Of a stretch of DNA of 64,000 bases, positions 63,072 through 64,000 are shown piece after piece. Made by a program: the position numbers and the translations under genes. Under the pieces are notes generated by a model. That model saw nothing but the letters and a program-made list of their open reading frames with translations, was not told the origin of the DNA and searched no databases. The stretch is from NCBI GenBank assembly GCA_002269645.1, contig NIVC01001985.1, forward strand, positions 91,042-155,041, in the 5' to 3' direction. The DNA comes from Macrostomum lignano (lineage: Eukaryota). How positions within the stretch are numbered: the stretch's first letter is position 1; each line of letters begins with the position of its first letter.

Positions 63072-63913
63072 TGTCTGCTATTGGCTAATAGCGTGTCTAA
63101 TGCATGTCTGCTATTGGCTAATAGCGTGTCTAATGCATGTCTGCTATTGGCTAATAGCGTGTCTAATGCATGTCTGCTTGGCTAATAGCGTGTCTAATGC
63201 ATGTCTGCTATTGGCTAATAGCGTGTCTAATGCATGTCTGCTATTGGCTAATAGCGTGTCTAATGCATGTCTGCTATTGGCTAATAGCGTGTCTAATGCA
63301 TGTCTGCTATTGGCTCATAGCGTGTCTAATGCATGTCTGCTATTGGCTAATAGCGTGTCTAATGCAGGTTTGCTATTGGCTAATAGCGTGTCTAATGCAT
63401 GTCTGCTATTGGCTCATAGCGTGTCTAATGCATGTCTGCTATTGGCTAATAGCGTGTCTAATGCATGTCTGCTATTGGCTAATAGCGTGTCTAATGCATG
63501 TCTGCTATTGGCTAATAGCGTGTCTAATGCATGTCTGCTGTTGGCTAATAGTACGTGTCTAATGCATGTCTGCTATTGGCTAATAGCGTGTCTAATGCAT
63601 GTCTGCTATTGGCTAATAGCGTGTCTAATGCATGTCTGCTATTGGCTAATAGCGTGTCTAATGCATGTCTGCTATTGGCTAATAGCGTGTCTAATGCATG
63701 TCTGCTATTGGCTCATAGTGTCTAATGCATGTCTGCTATTGGCTAATAGCGTGTCTAATGCATGTTTGCTATTGGCTAATAGCGTGTCTAATGCATGTCT
63801 GCTATTGGCTAATAGCGTGTCTAATGCATGTCTGCTATTGGCTAATACGTGTCTAATGCATGTCTGCTATTGGCTCATAGCGTGTCTAATGCATGCCTCT
63901 ATTGGTTAATAGC
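63072..63913. repeat. 33-bp minisatellite in putative MCM2 intron 2
   Basis: Unit CTGCTATTGGCTAATAGCGTGTCTAATGCATGT, about 25 copies. Confidence 0.96.
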
Positions 63914-64000
63914 AGCCTACTCTCTTATAACCTGTTCAATATAATTATTTAAACAGTGAAAAACCGTTCATGAACTTTCTACGCTCGACAACCGACTCGG

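Noticed and set aside
63100-63909. 269-aa and 130-aa repetitive ORFs
   Set aside because: Products of the 33-bp minisatellite.

Overview
Animal (eukaryotic) genomic DNA with spliceosomal introns. GC-rich exons, satellite-filled introns and dense gene packing suggest a free-living flatworm such as Macrostomum; this is an inference from style, not demonstrated. Seven genes can be reconstructed with consistent splice phases: EI24 (+), MRPS24 (+), phenylalanine hydroxylase PAH (+), gamma-tubulin complex component TUBGCP5 (+), AP-1 sigma subunit (-), a 3xLOTUS + 1 Tudor TDRD5/Tejas-like gene (+) and the 5' part of MCM2 (+, frameshifted as assembled). Bases 1-12.9 kb and about 48.7-51.3 kb are CpG-depleted transposon graveyards. 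They hold a THAP/P-element transposase relic, a Sola2-like non-autonomous element, MITEs and a possible LINE ORF1 remnant. Many of the larger introns carry their own private minisatellite, the largest a 6.4-kb 24-mer array with higher-order structure in MCM2 intron 1. Most unusual observations: (1) a MITE family (3 copies, two with perfect 8-bp TSDs) carrying an internal 28S rRNA fragment (helix 69-71, the R2/I-PpoI target) whose 8-nt cleavage core is altered differently in each of the two copies that retain it; (2) an operon-like EI24-MRPS24-PAH array in which the MRPS24 coding exon has no start codon of its own and could take the AUG of a flatworm spliced leader; (3) a GC-AG, in-frame, stop-free intron in the AP-1 sigma gene. 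All coordinates and counts were read by eye and need computational confirmation.
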